This document shows positions 46,802-56,094 of a stretch of 64,000 nucleotides of DNA, piece by piece (position 1 is the first letter of the stretch; each line of letters begins with the position of its first letter). Under the pieces are notes generated by a model that had not been told where the DNA came from, did no database searches, and saw nothing but the letters and a program-made list of their open reading frames with translations. The position numbers and the translations under genes were made by a program. The stretch covers positions 71,565 through 135,564 of IMG/VR virus record IMGVR_UViG_3300015242_000020; one strand, written 5' to 3'. The stretch comes from a virus.

Positions 46802-47221
46802 CTACGTCCGGGCGGCAAGCCGGTCGACGATGGGCTGGGCAAAATACGGATCCGAGCCCTTCGTGAAGCGATTCACGGATATCGGCGCGTTCTTCCACCA
46901 GCCGTCGCACACGGTGAAGGCGTGCTCGGCGATGGGGCCGGCCTGCTCGCCCCACTGGGTGAGGAACCGCCGGAAAATGGCAGCCTCTTTCACCGCGTCA
47001 CGCGGGATGGATCCACCACGCCGGGTCTCGATCTGGGCGATCACGTAGTCGCGGAGCTGACTCCAAGACCACGAGGTCGAGTCAGTGGCCACGTAGTCGC
47101 GGCGCTCGGAGACCGCCACCGCCACGGTCTGGGTGACTTGAGGGGTGACCTCCGTGGTGGCGGTCTGGCTCTGTTGCCGCCGGACCGAGTAGGGGACGTC
47201 AAAACAACGCAGCTGCGTCAT
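46802..47221 (-). CDS. Conserved hypothetical protein upstream of loader
   Basis: 139-aa ORF in replication operon. Confidence 0.65.
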   Translation of the reverse strand: MTQLRCFDVPYSVRRQQSQTATTEVTPQVTQTVAVAVSERRDYVATDSTSWSWSQLRDYVIAQIETRRGGSIPRDAVKEAAIFRRFLTQWGEQAGPIAEHAFTVCDGWWKNAPISVNRFTKGSDPYFAQPIVDRLAART

Positions 47222-47250
47222 GATCAGGGGCCTTTCAAGGGAAGTCGGGC

Positions 47251-47592
47251 CTACAGTGTTTTGTTGTGGTCGTGCTGCTCGATGCTCTTCCGGAACGGCC
47301 CGACCGCTGAGTCGATGACCTTCCGGAGTTCTTCTGGTTCACTACTCAAGAGATCTTCGTGGAATATCCGTATGGTTATATTCCCCTTAGGGAACAGAAC
47401 ACTTTGATCTGGATGATCCCGGGGAATCAAGGCTATGTGGTAATCATCTAATCCGCAAACAAATCCTAGAACTTCTTCGCTGCCGGCCTGGGTGATGCTC
47501 ACCAGCCGTCCTTTGAGGACAGCAATCCGGATGTGTTTGTCGGATACTCCCGACCCACGCCGTGGGCTGGCCACCGTGACTGTCATCGACAC
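47251..47592 (-). CDS. Sm/Hfq-like fold protein
   Basis: VSITQAGSEEVLGFVCGLDDYHIAL...VLFPKGNI parallels Hfq [25 protein letters not shown]...MVYKHAI. Confidence 0.55.
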   Translation of the reverse strand: MSMTVTVASPRRGSGVSDKHIRIAVLKGRLVSITQAGSEEVLGFVCGLDDYHIALIPRDHPDQSVLFPKGNITIRIFHEDLLSSEPEELRKVIDSAVGPFRKSIEQHDHNKTL

Positions 47593-47765
47593 CCCTCTCG
47601 AATTGCCAAGATACTTCTACCTCCATCGAGGGGTCCGGCCAGTTTTAGGGCGTAAAAAATCCCCGTCCGTGCCGAGCCGGACTGGTCGTGACGGGGGCTA
47701 AAACGTACTTCACGTGCGATTGGCGGTGACGGTACTCACTGAAGAGTGCCGTTGCAAGCGTGGTC

Positions 47766-48644
47766 TCAGACCGTAGTCGTTTGGTTCCACAATCGGCCGG
47801 ATTCCAGCCGATCGAGCACGGTCTGCATTTGCAGGCTACGCAAAAACATCACCAGGTTCCGGTAGGCCTCCGACGGCGGGGCAACCGGCTGGTAGTCCCT
47901 CGGGACCCGCAGCACGTATCCCATGGACTGCTCGGGGTGCCGCAGATCCACCAGTGCATAGGCCAGCGCGGCCGTGGCGCGATCTTCAGGGCTGAGTGAG
48001 CCTAGGAGGGCCGGCCAGTCGAATTCGTGGCTCAGCAGCATCTTCAGCCCCCTTTTCGGCCCGATCTTCTCCAAGCCCTTGACTCCGTCGCCTGGATCTC
48101 CCATGAGTGCCATCAGGTAGGGCAACTGAGCCGGCGTGCAGCCGTACTTGGTCTGGACAGCCTCCGGGGTCCACACCGCGAAGGAGTCGGCTGAGACCGG
48201 AACCTGGATCACCCGATCGGAGACCAGCTGGCGCAGGTCATGGTCATCGGAGACGATGACGATCTCCTCCGCATCCGACCAGAGCGCGTGGCCGGCAATG
48301 AGGTCATCGGCCTCGTAACCGGCCAACCGCTGCTGGGCGATACCGGCCAGGTCAAGGAAGACATCCATCAGCCGAAACTGCTCGGCGTGATCCTCACCCG
48401 GAGGACGGTTGGCCTTGTAGGTGGAGGAGAGGCCCAGTCGGTGGGTGGAGCGGCCCCCATCCCAGCAGGCCATTACCTGATCGGGGGCGTGTTCGCGGAT
48501 ATGCCGGCTGATGGAGTTGATGAAGAAAAACAGCGCGGCGGTGGGCAGACCGTTGACGCTCAGCTCGCCGACGTTCCCGTTGAACGCGACCTTGATCGCT
48601 TTGACCGCGATGTTATTGGCGTCAAAGATCAGCAGCTTGCTCAT
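47766..48644 (-). CDS. 5'-3' exonuclease / flap endonuclease (PolI N-terminal type)
   Basis: LIFDANN, WDG, YKANR, YEADDLI, SDDHDL, LMGDPGDG..G..KIGPK. Confidence 0.92.
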   Translation of the reverse strand: MSKLLIFDANNIAVKAIKVAFNGNVGELSVNGLPTAALFFFINSISRHIREHAPDQVMACWDGGRSTHRLGLSSTYKANRPPGEDHAEQFRLMDVFLDLAGIAQQRLAGYEADDLIAGHALWSDAEEIVIVSDDHDLRQLVSDRVIQVPVSADSFAVWTPEAVQTKYGCTPAQLPYLMALMGDPGDGVKGLEKIGPKRGLKMLLSHEFDWPALLGSLSPEDRATAALAYALVDLRHPEQSMGYVLRVPRDYQPVAPPSEAYRNLVMFLRSLQMQTVLDRLESGRLWNQTTTV

Positions 48645-49324
48645 TCGGTCTCGACCACCCTCATCACCGTGAGCCCAGGTATGTTGCCGTGCTCGTCCTC
48701 GTCGTCGAACTCGGCGATGTAGTCCCCCAGGTCCAGCTCGTGCAGCCCGGAGATATGCACCGGTCGGGTGGCGTTGAACAGCATCGGAGTGTAGGCGGCG
48801 GGGTGTACCTCGGCGGCACGCTCATCCTGTTCAGCCGAGTGCTGGGTCCGCTGGGCAGCGGGGTAGCCGTGCCGGTCGTTGGGGTCTTCGGCCGGGGCGA
48901 TGACAGCCTGCTGCTGGCTCTCCCGGATCTTGGCCTGGGCACCGGTGGCGGCGGAAAACTGCTCGGCCACCAGGTCCGGCTCGGGGATCTCGGGGACGTC
49001 CTCGACCGACCGCACGTCACCGCAGCCGGGAACCGAGCAGGCGATCTTGGTGTGGGTGGAGTTCATGACGTAGCGGTGCTGGTGGACCGAGGAGGGCTCA
49101 GGCGCCGGATGAGAGCCGGCCTGTGCGGCGGCCCATTGCTGCCACTCCCGGATGGAGCGGGGGCTCTCCATGGCGTAGCAGGGCTCGCCGGTGCCGCTGT
49201 CCAGATGCCCCTGGGGTCGACTACAGGGCCACAGTGCTCCGGCGATCTCCACCTCATGGCCGCACTTGGGCACACCATGGGCGACCGGCGCCGGCTGGAG
49301 GGTCGAGGGGTCTAGTGAGGTCAT
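48641..49324 (-). CDS. Cys/His-containing hypothetical protein
   Basis: 227-aa ORF. Confidence 0.6.
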   Translation of the reverse strand: MTSLDPSTLQPAPVAHGVPKCGHEVEIAGALWPCSRPQGHLDSGTGEPCYAMESPRSIREWQQWAAAQAGSHPAPEPSSVHQHRYVMNSTHTKIACSVPGCGDVRSVEDVPEIPEPDLVAEQFSAATGAQAKIRESQQQAVIAPAEDPNDRHGYPAAQRTQHSAEQDERAAEVHPAAYTPMLFNATRPVHISGLHELDLGDYIAEFDDEDEHGNIPGLTVMRVVETE

Positions 49325-49328
49325 ACTT

Positions 49329-49793
49329 CTATCTCTCCATCGTGAGGGCTAGTGGTCCACCGGACTCCAGGTGGGGCCGCATGATGTCGCCGACGGTACG
49401 GCCGTCATTGGTAACTATGTCGCTGAGAAACTCGCGGTCGATCGTGCTGATCCCGTCCTCGATCGCCACCAGCTTGGCCTTGATCACCATGACCAGCGAG
49501 CGCCAGCGCCGACGGACCTCCTGCTCGTAGGCCTGCTGGGCCTGCGCGGTGCCCCGCCGCTGCCGGGTCGGGGTCAGGGTGAACTTCGGGTCATCTCGGG
49601 CGGGCATGGGGATCGCCATCCGGATGCTGCGGCCACCGACCTGAAAGGCGATCACCTGCTGGTAGCGGTCGGCGTCCGGGCCGTGCTCCCAGATGTAGCC
49701 GAAGGAGGTGGCGCCGTACTTCTGCAGGATCTTCTCCAGCTCGGCGCGAGACCGCTCGGCCGGCACCGAGGTCCCGGAGGCGTAGGAGGACAT
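49329..49793 (-). CDS. Conserved phage hypothetical protein
   Basis: TSVPAERSRAELE..L.KYGA...RRWR...IKAKL..IE.GI. Confidence 0.7.
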   Translation of the reverse strand: MSSYASGTSVPAERSRAELEKILQKYGATSFGYIWEHGPDADRYQQVIAFQVGGRSIRMAIPMPARDDPKFTLTPTRQRRGTAQAQQAYEQEVRRRWRSLVMVIKAKLVAIEDGISTIDREFLSDIVTNDGRTVGDIMRPHLESGGPLALTMER

Positions 49794-49811
49794 TTCTAGG
49801 GATTCTTAGAA

Positions 49812-50354
49812 TCAGTCGTCCGACGGGAGGTAGCCGTGGATCTTTCCGATCGCGTTCAGCGCGGTGAGAGCGTGCACGGCGGTCTGCCCGGAGATCCGGT
49901 GGTTTTGCACCAGCGCGTGGGTGAGCCGCTCGATGGTGCCCAGGTCATACACCCGGAATGAGGATTCCGAGCGCCGGACCTCGATGGGCTCCCCGTTGTA
50001 GGTGAGGTTCTTCTCCCGCATCCGAAGCCAGTGATCGGTCATCCCGTAGAAGGTCTTGGCCACCTCCTTTACCGAAAACGTCGGCAGCACCGTGGTATCG
50101 ATGTCGGCGAACATCAGCCTGTCGGGATCCAGCCCGGCCGGGGTGACCTCGATGGTCTCCACCGGCTGGGCGTGCTTGTGTTGCGCCGGCTTGCGGACGG
50201 CCCTCTTGGTGGTCTTCACCGGTGCCGTACGGGGAGCCTTGGGCGCGGCCTTCTTGGCCGTCTTACGGGCGGTCGGGGGGGCTTCCTTCACCGGCTCGAC
50301 GAAGGTCAGATCAGCCGGTCCTCTCCGGCGGGCGGGGGTCTTGGCTCGGGTCAT
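49812..50354 (-). CDS. MerR-like HTH DNA-binding protein with basic N-terminal tail
   Basis: FSVKEVAK...WLR..E...RVYDL..IE; KTAKKAA-rich N-terminus; GAAAGG RBS. Confidence 0.7.
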   Translation of the reverse strand: MTRAKTPARRRGPADLTFVEPVKEAPPTARKTAKKAAPKAPRTAPVKTTKRAVRKPAQHKHAQPVETIEVTPAGLDPDRLMFADIDTTVLPTFSVKEVAKTFYGMTDHWLRMREKNLTYNGEPIEVRRSESSFRVYDLGTIERLTHALVQNHRISGQTAVHALTALNAIGKIHGYLPSDD

Positions 50355-50468
50355 GTCGCACCTTTCACGGTGGTCGAGGTTGGGTCGTTGCGCCGTGGAG
50401 GGCAGACAGCATCCCGCCACGGAGAAGCGATCTCCGTGGCGGGATGAAGCGCTATGCGGGGCACGGCA

Positions 50469-51197
50469 TCACCCCCGGGAGCGCTTCTTGATCGTGATCT
50501 GGCTCTGCTTGCGGCCAGGTGAGGTGCCGTACTTGGCCAGGATGCCCAGCAGCTCGGGGTCTTTCGCGATGGCCTTGGCTGCCTTGGCCGGCTCTATGAC
50601 CCGCTTGACCTCAGGGGTCCCAGTCAGGGCGAAGTACTGGTCCTTGGAGATCAGACCGGCCTCAAACGCCCGGAATAGGGTCACCGAGTTGTAGGTGGGG
50701 GCGAAGTTCTGGAGCGTGCGGGCGATCTCTCGGTCGGTGCCGTCGATGGCGTCGGAGTTCTTCACCAGCAGGTGGCCGTTGGCGTCCTTGTCCTGCCCCT
50801 CGGCTAGGCCGGACTTCTCCGCGACCCGGTCCAGGTGGTTGTGCAGGATGTGTCGTAGCGCCTCCTTGCGGTCGCCCACCAGCTTCTCGATCGTGGTGAT
50901 CGCGCTGCGCTCGGAGTCGACGGACTTCTTCTCCGGTGCAGTCAGGGCGCGCGCGGCGCTGGGGTTGACCACACCGAATAGCTCCGGCAGCGCCTTGAGC
51001 GCAGCCAGGTGCTGCTCGGTGATCTGCTGTGGCTCCGGGACGGTGCCTTCGACCTTCTCCGGAGCGGGGGCCAGGCCAACGACCTTGAGGATCTCGATCA
51101 GGTCGGTGCCAGACAGGATCAGCCGTCGCGCGATCTCCGCTGTCTCGGCGGTGATCTCGATGGCGGTGGTGGGGGTGGCAGTGCCGGTCGCGGTCAT
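50469..51197 (-). CDS. Hypothetical protein
   Basis: 242 aa; AGGAG RBS. Confidence 0.7.
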   Translation of the reverse strand: MTATGTATPTTAIEITAETAEIARRLILSGTDLIEILKVVGLAPAPEKVEGTVPEPQQITEQHLAALKALPELFGVVNPSAARALTAPEKKSVDSERSAITTIEKLVGDRKEALRHILHNHLDRVAEKSGLAEGQDKDANGHLLVKNSDAIDGTDREIARTLQNFAPTYNSVTLFRAFEAGLISKDQYFALTGTPEVKRVIEPAKAAKAIAKDPELLGILAKYGTSPGRKQSQITIKKRSRG

Positions 51198-51280
51198 GGC
51201 GTGCTCCTAAGGAAGTTGAAGTGACCGTGGACATGGTCAGCATACAGGGATTCTTAGAAGCTCCACAAGGGGGTCCGACA

Positions 51281-51314
51281 CACGAAACCCCCGCCGTGGG
51301 GGCGGGGGCTCGTG
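51281..51314 (-). terminator. Intrinsic terminator
   Basis: CCCCCGCC/GGCGGGGG stem followed by TTT on the minus strand, downstream of holin-like gene. Confidence 0.7.
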
Positions 51315-51370
51315 GTGTTCGCTGCAGCGATTATCGATCGGTTTCTTGACGGAGGAGACTCCAACATACC

Positions 51371-52021
51371 TCAGACGCGGGGGCCAGGGCCCCAGCTTCC
51401 GCGCCACGGCCCGAAGATCAGCGCCAGGATCACACCGACCACCAGCAACACGATGCCGGGGGTGAGCATCCAGTGCGCCGAGGCCAGCGAGGTCACGTGC
51501 GGGGCGATCAGGCCGATTACGAGCCCGACGATGCCGAGCACGATCAGGAGGTAGGCCAGCGAGCCCACCGGAGCAGCTCCACCGTCACCCTTGGGTGGGG
51601 TGATGACGTTTCCGGTCGGTGGGGTCTGGTCGGCCGGGAGCGGGTCGCCGACGGCGTGCTTGGGGCCGGCGTCGGTGGGGAGGTTCTTGGTGATGTCCAT
51701 GATCAGGCTCTTACCCAGATTTAGCCCGGACTGCTCCAGCTGAGGACCACCAATGTGCTTGGTGATCGCGATGTAGGAGACCACCGAGGCCGTCAGCGCG
51801 CTCAGGATGGCCTGCACGAACGCCTGCCAGTCATAGCCACCATCAGTGGCCACCAGGACGCCAATGGCGCCAGTGAGGGCCGCCAGTACAGCATTGAGGC
51901 CGCCCTTGAACCAGCTGGGGGCGTTGGCGTGGGCTAGCCACGCCACCACGAGGGGAACCAGCAGGCCGACGAGCTGCACCACCTCCGAGGCGGTGAGACT
52001 CAAACCGTGAATCTGAAACAT
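51371..52021 (-). CDS. Holin-like multi-TM protein
   Basis: Three N-terminal TMs (GLLVPLVVAWL...K..LNAVL) plus two C-terminal TMs; AGGAG RBS. Confidence 0.65.
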   Translation of the reverse strand: MFQIHGLSLTASEVVQLVGLLVPLVVAWLAHANAPSWFKGGLNAVLAALTGAIGVLVATDGGYDWQAFVQAILSALTASVVSYIAITKHIGGPQLEQSGLNLGKSLIMDITKNLPTDAGPKHAVGDPLPADQTPPTGNVITPPKGDGGAAPVGSLAYLLIVLGIVGLVIGLIAPHVTSLASAHWMLTPGIVLLVVGVILALIFGPWRGSWGPGPRV

Positions 52022-52035
52022 AGTTCTATCTCCTG

Positions 52036-53187
52036 TCAGGGGATCGGGGACGGGGATGCGCAGACTGCCCACATCTGCGAGGTGTCGTACGGCATCGGGG
52101 CGGGCTCGGTGGTCAAGGTGTAGCCATCGGGACAGTTAGGGCCAGCCGGTCCCGAGGGGCCAACGGGACCGGGGGAGCCGGTATCACCGGTGGGACCTTG
52201 CGCCCCGGGATCGCCCTGGTCTCCCTTTGGCCCCTGCTCACCCTGGGCGCCGACCACGTGGCCGACGTCCTTGGAGGTGTCGTTGCCGGCGGCGTCCTCG
52301 GTGGTGATGATCAGGTCGCCGGAGGTGCCATCGATCTTGGTGCCGACGATAGAGGTGCCGTTGGCGCCCACCACCTGACCCAGGTCAGCGGTGGTGTTGT
52401 CGCTGTAGACCACGATCAGATGACCGGCCTGGATGGTGGTGCTGGTCACGCCTCGGCCGGCGGCGCCGGTATCCCCGGTGGCGCCCTTGGGTCCGACGAT
52501 CGGGCCGAGATTCTTGTCGGTTCCGTCGTCGTAGTTGATCACCAGGTCGGTGCCGGAGATCGAGGTGTCGGAGATCCCCCGGCCGGCGTCGCCCTTGTCT
52601 CCCTGCCGGCCCCGGGCGCCGTGATTGCCCTGCGGCCCCCGGATGTTGCCGACGTCCTCGGTGGATCCGTCGGTGTAGGAGACCAGCAGCTCACCGGTGG
52701 AGTCGACCTGGGTCTTGATGATGCCCTTGCCGGGGACGCCGGGTGCTCCCGGGGAGCCGGGAGCACCGGGGAGCGCGGTCTGCCCGGTGATCTTCTTGAT
52801 GGTCTCGCCGGGGCTCTGCACCGGACAGGCGTGATGCAGCCGCTTCAGCTCCTTGCAGAGCGTGTCCACGTCGGTGGCCACCGCCTGGGCGGCCTGCCCA
52901 TTCTTGGTCGCGGTGGCCTTGGCCTGGGCCTGCCCGGTCTGGGCGGTGTCTCGGGCCTTGTACGCCCGGTCGGATCGGGCGTAGGCCAGCAGAGAGAGGA
53001 CTAGCACCAGCAGCAGCACACAGACCGCGAGTAGCAGACCGGTACGCCGGACGATCAAGCCGACGAGCTTGGCTCGCGGCGTGGCATGGACCGGCGGACT
53101 GCTCACAGATTCGAGCCTCTGATTGCGGAAGGATCCCTCACTGCTTAGGGACCCGATGCGCAAGCCGACCACAGGGTCGTAGGACAT
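52036..53187 (-). CDS. Membrane-anchored collagen-like protein
   Basis: TM; G-x-y tracts alternating with four GRGI...G.L...Y.DG...G..VG repeats; CPDGY tail. Confidence 0.8.
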   Translation of the reverse strand: MSYDPVVGLRIGSLSSEGSFRNQRLESVSSPPVHATPRAKLVGLIVRRTGLLLAVCVLLLVLVLSLLAYARSDRAYKARDTAQTGQAQAKATATKNGQAAQAVATDVDTLCKELKRLHHACPVQSPGETIKKITGQTALPGAPGSPGAPGVPGKGIIKTQVDSTGELLVSYTDGSTEDVGNIRGPQGNHGARGRQGDKGDAGRGISDTSISGTDLVINYDDGTDKNLGPIVGPKGATGDTGAAGRGVTSTTIQAGHLIVVYSDNTTADLGQVVGANGTSIVGTKIDGTSGDLIITTEDAAGNDTSKDVGHVVGAQGEQGPKGDQGDPGAQGPTGDTGSPGPVGPSGPAGPNCPDGYTLTTEPAPMPYDTSQMWAVCASPSPIP

Positions 53188-53190
53188 AGA

Positions 53191-53215
53191 GACGGCCCCC
53201 GTAGAGGGGGCCGTC
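53191..53215. terminator. Hairpin, putative terminator
   Basis: GACGGCCCCC/GGGGGCCGTC 10-bp stem downstream of dinG. Confidence 0.6.
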
Positions 53216-53259
53216 GGGCCGAGACTTCTAGCCCCGGCGGGGTATCACGCGAGTGTAGC

Positions 53260-55344
53260 TCAGTGGTTGGCGAAGAACTGCTCCACCGTGGCGAAGTCCT
53301 TGGTCAGCGGGAACGGCGGCAGATCTCGCAGGATCTGCTTCCCGTAATACTTTTCCGTTATGCGCCGATCTAGTATAGCAACGACACCGATGTCCTCGGT
53401 GTGCCGAATCAGCCGGCCGGCAGCCTGCTGGATGATCAGGCTCATGAACGGCATCGTGTAGTCGGGGAAGCTCTTGCCGCCCTTGGCCTCGATCCGCTGG
53501 CACTTGGCCTCGGTGATCGGCTCGCCGGGCACCGGGAACGGCAGCTTGTCTATCACCAAAAGCGACAAAGCATCTCCCGGCGCATCAAAACCCGTCATAA
53601 AGGACTTCAGGCCGAACAGCACCGAGGACACATCGGCCTTGAACTCCGCCGCGAGCGCCGCGACCGGTGCCTCCCCCTGCACCAGCAACTGGTAGGGGAA
53701 ACCGCGCCGGCTCCGAATGGATTCTGCGCAGGCCAGCATCCGCTTCTTGGAGGTGAACAGCACCAGCGCGCGGCCCTTGGAGGTCTTGATCAGCTCGTAG
53801 ATCTCTTCGGTAGCGCCGGCCTCGAATGCGGTGGTGTCCTGCCCTTGCGGGATAGCCAGGTGCTGCGGGACGTAGAGGGTGGCCTGGGTGCTGAAGTCGA
53901 ACGGGGAGTCCACAGCCAGGGTGGTGGCCCGGGTGATGCCGAGCTGCTCCTTGAGGTAGTCGAAGCTGCTCTTGACCACCAGGGTGGCCGAGACCAGCAC
54001 GGTCGGCAGCTGGCTCCACAGGAAAGCGTCGAGGAACTCCGCGACGCTGACCGGGGAGGTCTTCAGCACCAGTCGCTTCTCACTGCGCCACACCTCCACC
54101 TCCAGCCACCGCACCAGGTCCAGCTGGCTGGAGCCGACCACCCGACGCAGTTTGTTGAGGGTATTGCGAAGCTGGGAGTCCAGCCGTTGCTTGCGCAGCC
54201 GCTCCCGGTGATCGGAGTAGCTGAAGTCCAGCGAGTCCCAGGCGGTGGTCAGCCGGCCGAGGGCATCCATCAGCGCGATGAACGGTGCAGAGGTGTCCAC
54301 CAGCAGGTCATCAGTCAACCGCAGAGTAGCGCCAGCCGGCCGCCGGGAGATCGGCTCTGCCTTCCCTCGGAAGACCTCCACCTCCAGCTCGGCGATTGCG
54401 GCGAAGAGGTCGTCGGCGGCGAACTGCACATCGGCGCAGTCGGCATTGATGTTGCCGGCGTCCTCCGCGACACCCCCGGCGAAGGCAGCGACGCCATCAA
54501 TCAACGAGGAGAAGGTGCCGGGCTTGAGGTCGAAGCCGATCACGTTGGAGATCGAATCAGCGAACTCGTGTGCCTCATCGCAGATCACCAGGTCGACGGT
54601 GTCGAGCATGCTGGGGATACCGATCTCCGACAGCACCAGCTCGGTGCCGAGGAGGGCATGGTTGACGATCACCAGGTCGACCTCGGCGGCGTGCCGGCGG
54701 GCCTTGGTGGCGTAGCAGCCCTCTTCCCCGATCGGGTCCTTAGAGCAGTTGCAGTCTCGGCAGGCCTCGGACTCGGCGTGGATCTGGGTCCACTCCCGGT
54801 CGGCCACCTCGAACGGCAGGCTCTCCCGCAGGCCGTTCCACTCCGGGGTCTGTTCGGCATAGGCCCGGATCCGGGGCAGCGACTCCAGCGAGCCGGGGTC
54901 CTTGGAGGCATCCGCGACATTGGAGCAGTAATAGTTGGCCCGGCCGCGTAGCTCGGCCCAGCTGAAGTACGCCGGCAGGTGCTCCTCCAGGAACGGCACA
55001 TCCTTGACCACCAGTTGCGACTGGAGTGCCTTGGTAGTGACCGAGACGACGACCCGCTTGTGGGACAGGATCGCCGGGATCAGGTAGCCCAGCGACTTGC
55101 CGATGCCGCAGGGTGCCTGTCCCAGCAGGGTGCCGGGCCGGTAGTCACCGTCATTGTTGAGTGCCTCACGTCGGGCATCGGTCTGCTCGGTGATGAAGTC
55201 CTCGATGCGGGAGGCAAGGAGCTGCTGGCCGGCGCGGGGCTGGTAGCCCGGCAGGGTGGTGGCCAAGACGGCCTCGGCCTGGGCGAAGGTGGCCGGGAGG
55301 ACCTCGGGAGTAGGGATCTCGATGATCTCGGGGATCTCAGTCAA
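53260..55344 (-). CDS. dinG: DinG-family helicase
   Basis: RAGQ; APCGIGKS; Cys cluster; VNHALL; DEAH; SATL; QAAGRLIR. Confidence 0.92.
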   Translation of the reverse strand: MTEIPEIIEIPTPEVLPATFAQAEAVLATTLPGYQPRAGQQLLASRIEDFITEQTDARREALNNDGDYRPGTLLGQAPCGIGKSLGYLIPAILSHKRVVVSVTTKALQSQLVVKDVPFLEEHLPAYFSWAELRGRANYYCSNVADASKDPGSLESLPRIRAYAEQTPEWNGLRESLPFEVADREWTQIHAESEACRDCNCSKDPIGEEGCYATKARRHAAEVDLVIVNHALLGTELVLSEIGIPSMLDTVDLVICDEAHEFADSISNVIGFDLKPGTFSSLIDGVAAFAGGVAEDAGNINADCADVQFAADDLFAAIAELEVEVFRGKAEPISRRPAGATLRLTDDLLVDTSAPFIALMDALGRLTTAWDSLDFSYSDHRERLRKQRLDSQLRNTLNKLRRVVGSSQLDLVRWLEVEVWRSEKRLVLKTSPVSVAEFLDAFLWSQLPTVLVSATLVVKSSFDYLKEQLGITRATTLAVDSPFDFSTQATLYVPQHLAIPQGQDTTAFEAGATEEIYELIKTSKGRALVLFTSKKRMLACAESIRSRRGFPYQLLVQGEAPVAALAAEFKADVSSVLFGLKSFMTGFDAPGDALSLLVIDKLPFPVPGEPITEAKCQRIEAKGGKSFPDYTMPFMSLIIQQAAGRLIRHTEDIGVVAILDRRITEKYYGKQILRDLPPFPLTKDFATVEQFFANH

Positions 55345-55404
55345 CGGATGCTCCTTGAGGAATGGCGTGCGCGATGTCCCACCCTACCACGCGTATAGGG
55401 ATCC

Positions 55405-56085
55405 TTATACGGCATGAGCAATAATCTGCCCCGCCTGCGACCACAGTGGCAGGCTCGCCATCCACAGCAGCGCGGCACCCTCAGCAGCGTGCGACCACAC
55501 GCCGGGAATGAGCAACACCGAGGCCGGCACGAAGATCCACTTGACGATCTCGGCCTCATCGGCGGTGCCGGTGGTCAACCGCAGCTTTTCTGGCAGTAGG
55601 TGACAGCGGTACCAGCGCTGGCCCTTGATCTTGATAGGCCACCACAGCGGCACCCCGGACTCGGTCATGTCATCGCCGAGGCAGTGCGTCAGATTGCCCA
55701 GGAACATCGTGCCGGCCAGCAGCAGGGTGATCTTGAGGGAGACACCGGCCAGAGCCAGCAGCGTGCCTATCAGGGCTCCGCAGGCCAACGCCCAGACCAT
55801 CGTGTGAGTGAGGTAGCGATGTGTGCCCTCGGCCTTGCGGTCCTTCGGTGTCTTGGTGGTGAGGTAGGCGATCCGGCTCAGGTGGCGCACCAGCCAGGAG
55901 AACACCGTGGTCAGCGGCGGCAGCGCCTTGGAGAACAGCGAGCCCGGAGCGTCGGAGTCCGGCAGCAACACCACCGCACCGGTCATCACGCCGACCCCGA
56001 TCCGCAATACCGGGTTACCGGAGTCCACAGCGGCAGTCAGTCCCGCGCCGGTAATCCAGCCCGTAAGCATGTGACTTTTCCCCAT
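55405..56085 (-). CDS. YdjM-like membrane metal-dependent hydrolase
   Basis: MGKSH, LLPDSD, HRYLTHT, HCLGDDMT.SGVPLWWP. Confidence 0.85.
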   Translation of the reverse strand: MGKSHMLTGWITGAGLTAAVDSGNPVLRIGVGVMTGAVVLLPDSDAPGSLFSKALPPLTTVFSWLVRHLSRIAYLTTKTPKDRKAEGTHRYLTHTMVWALACGALIGTLLALAGVSLKITLLLAGTMFLGNLTHCLGDDMTESGVPLWWPIKIKGQRWYRCHLLPEKLRLTTGTADEAEIVKWIFVPASVLLIPGVWSHAAEGAALLWMASLPLWSQAGQIIAHAV

Positions 56086-56094
56086 CAAATGGGG

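Noticed and set aside
47593-47765. AT-richer gap upstream of replication genes as a possible origin
   Set aside because: No iterons or DnaA boxes recognised; equally consistent with a promoter region.
52130-52790. Periodic GC-rich DNA repeats
   Set aside because: Explained by collagen G-x-y coding.
53249-53272. GCGAGTGTAGCTCAGTGGTTGG looks like a tRNA 5' end and D-arm
   Set aside because: No anticodon arm, T-loop (GTTCRA) or matching acceptor stem follows; it overlaps the dinG stop codon on the opposite strand.
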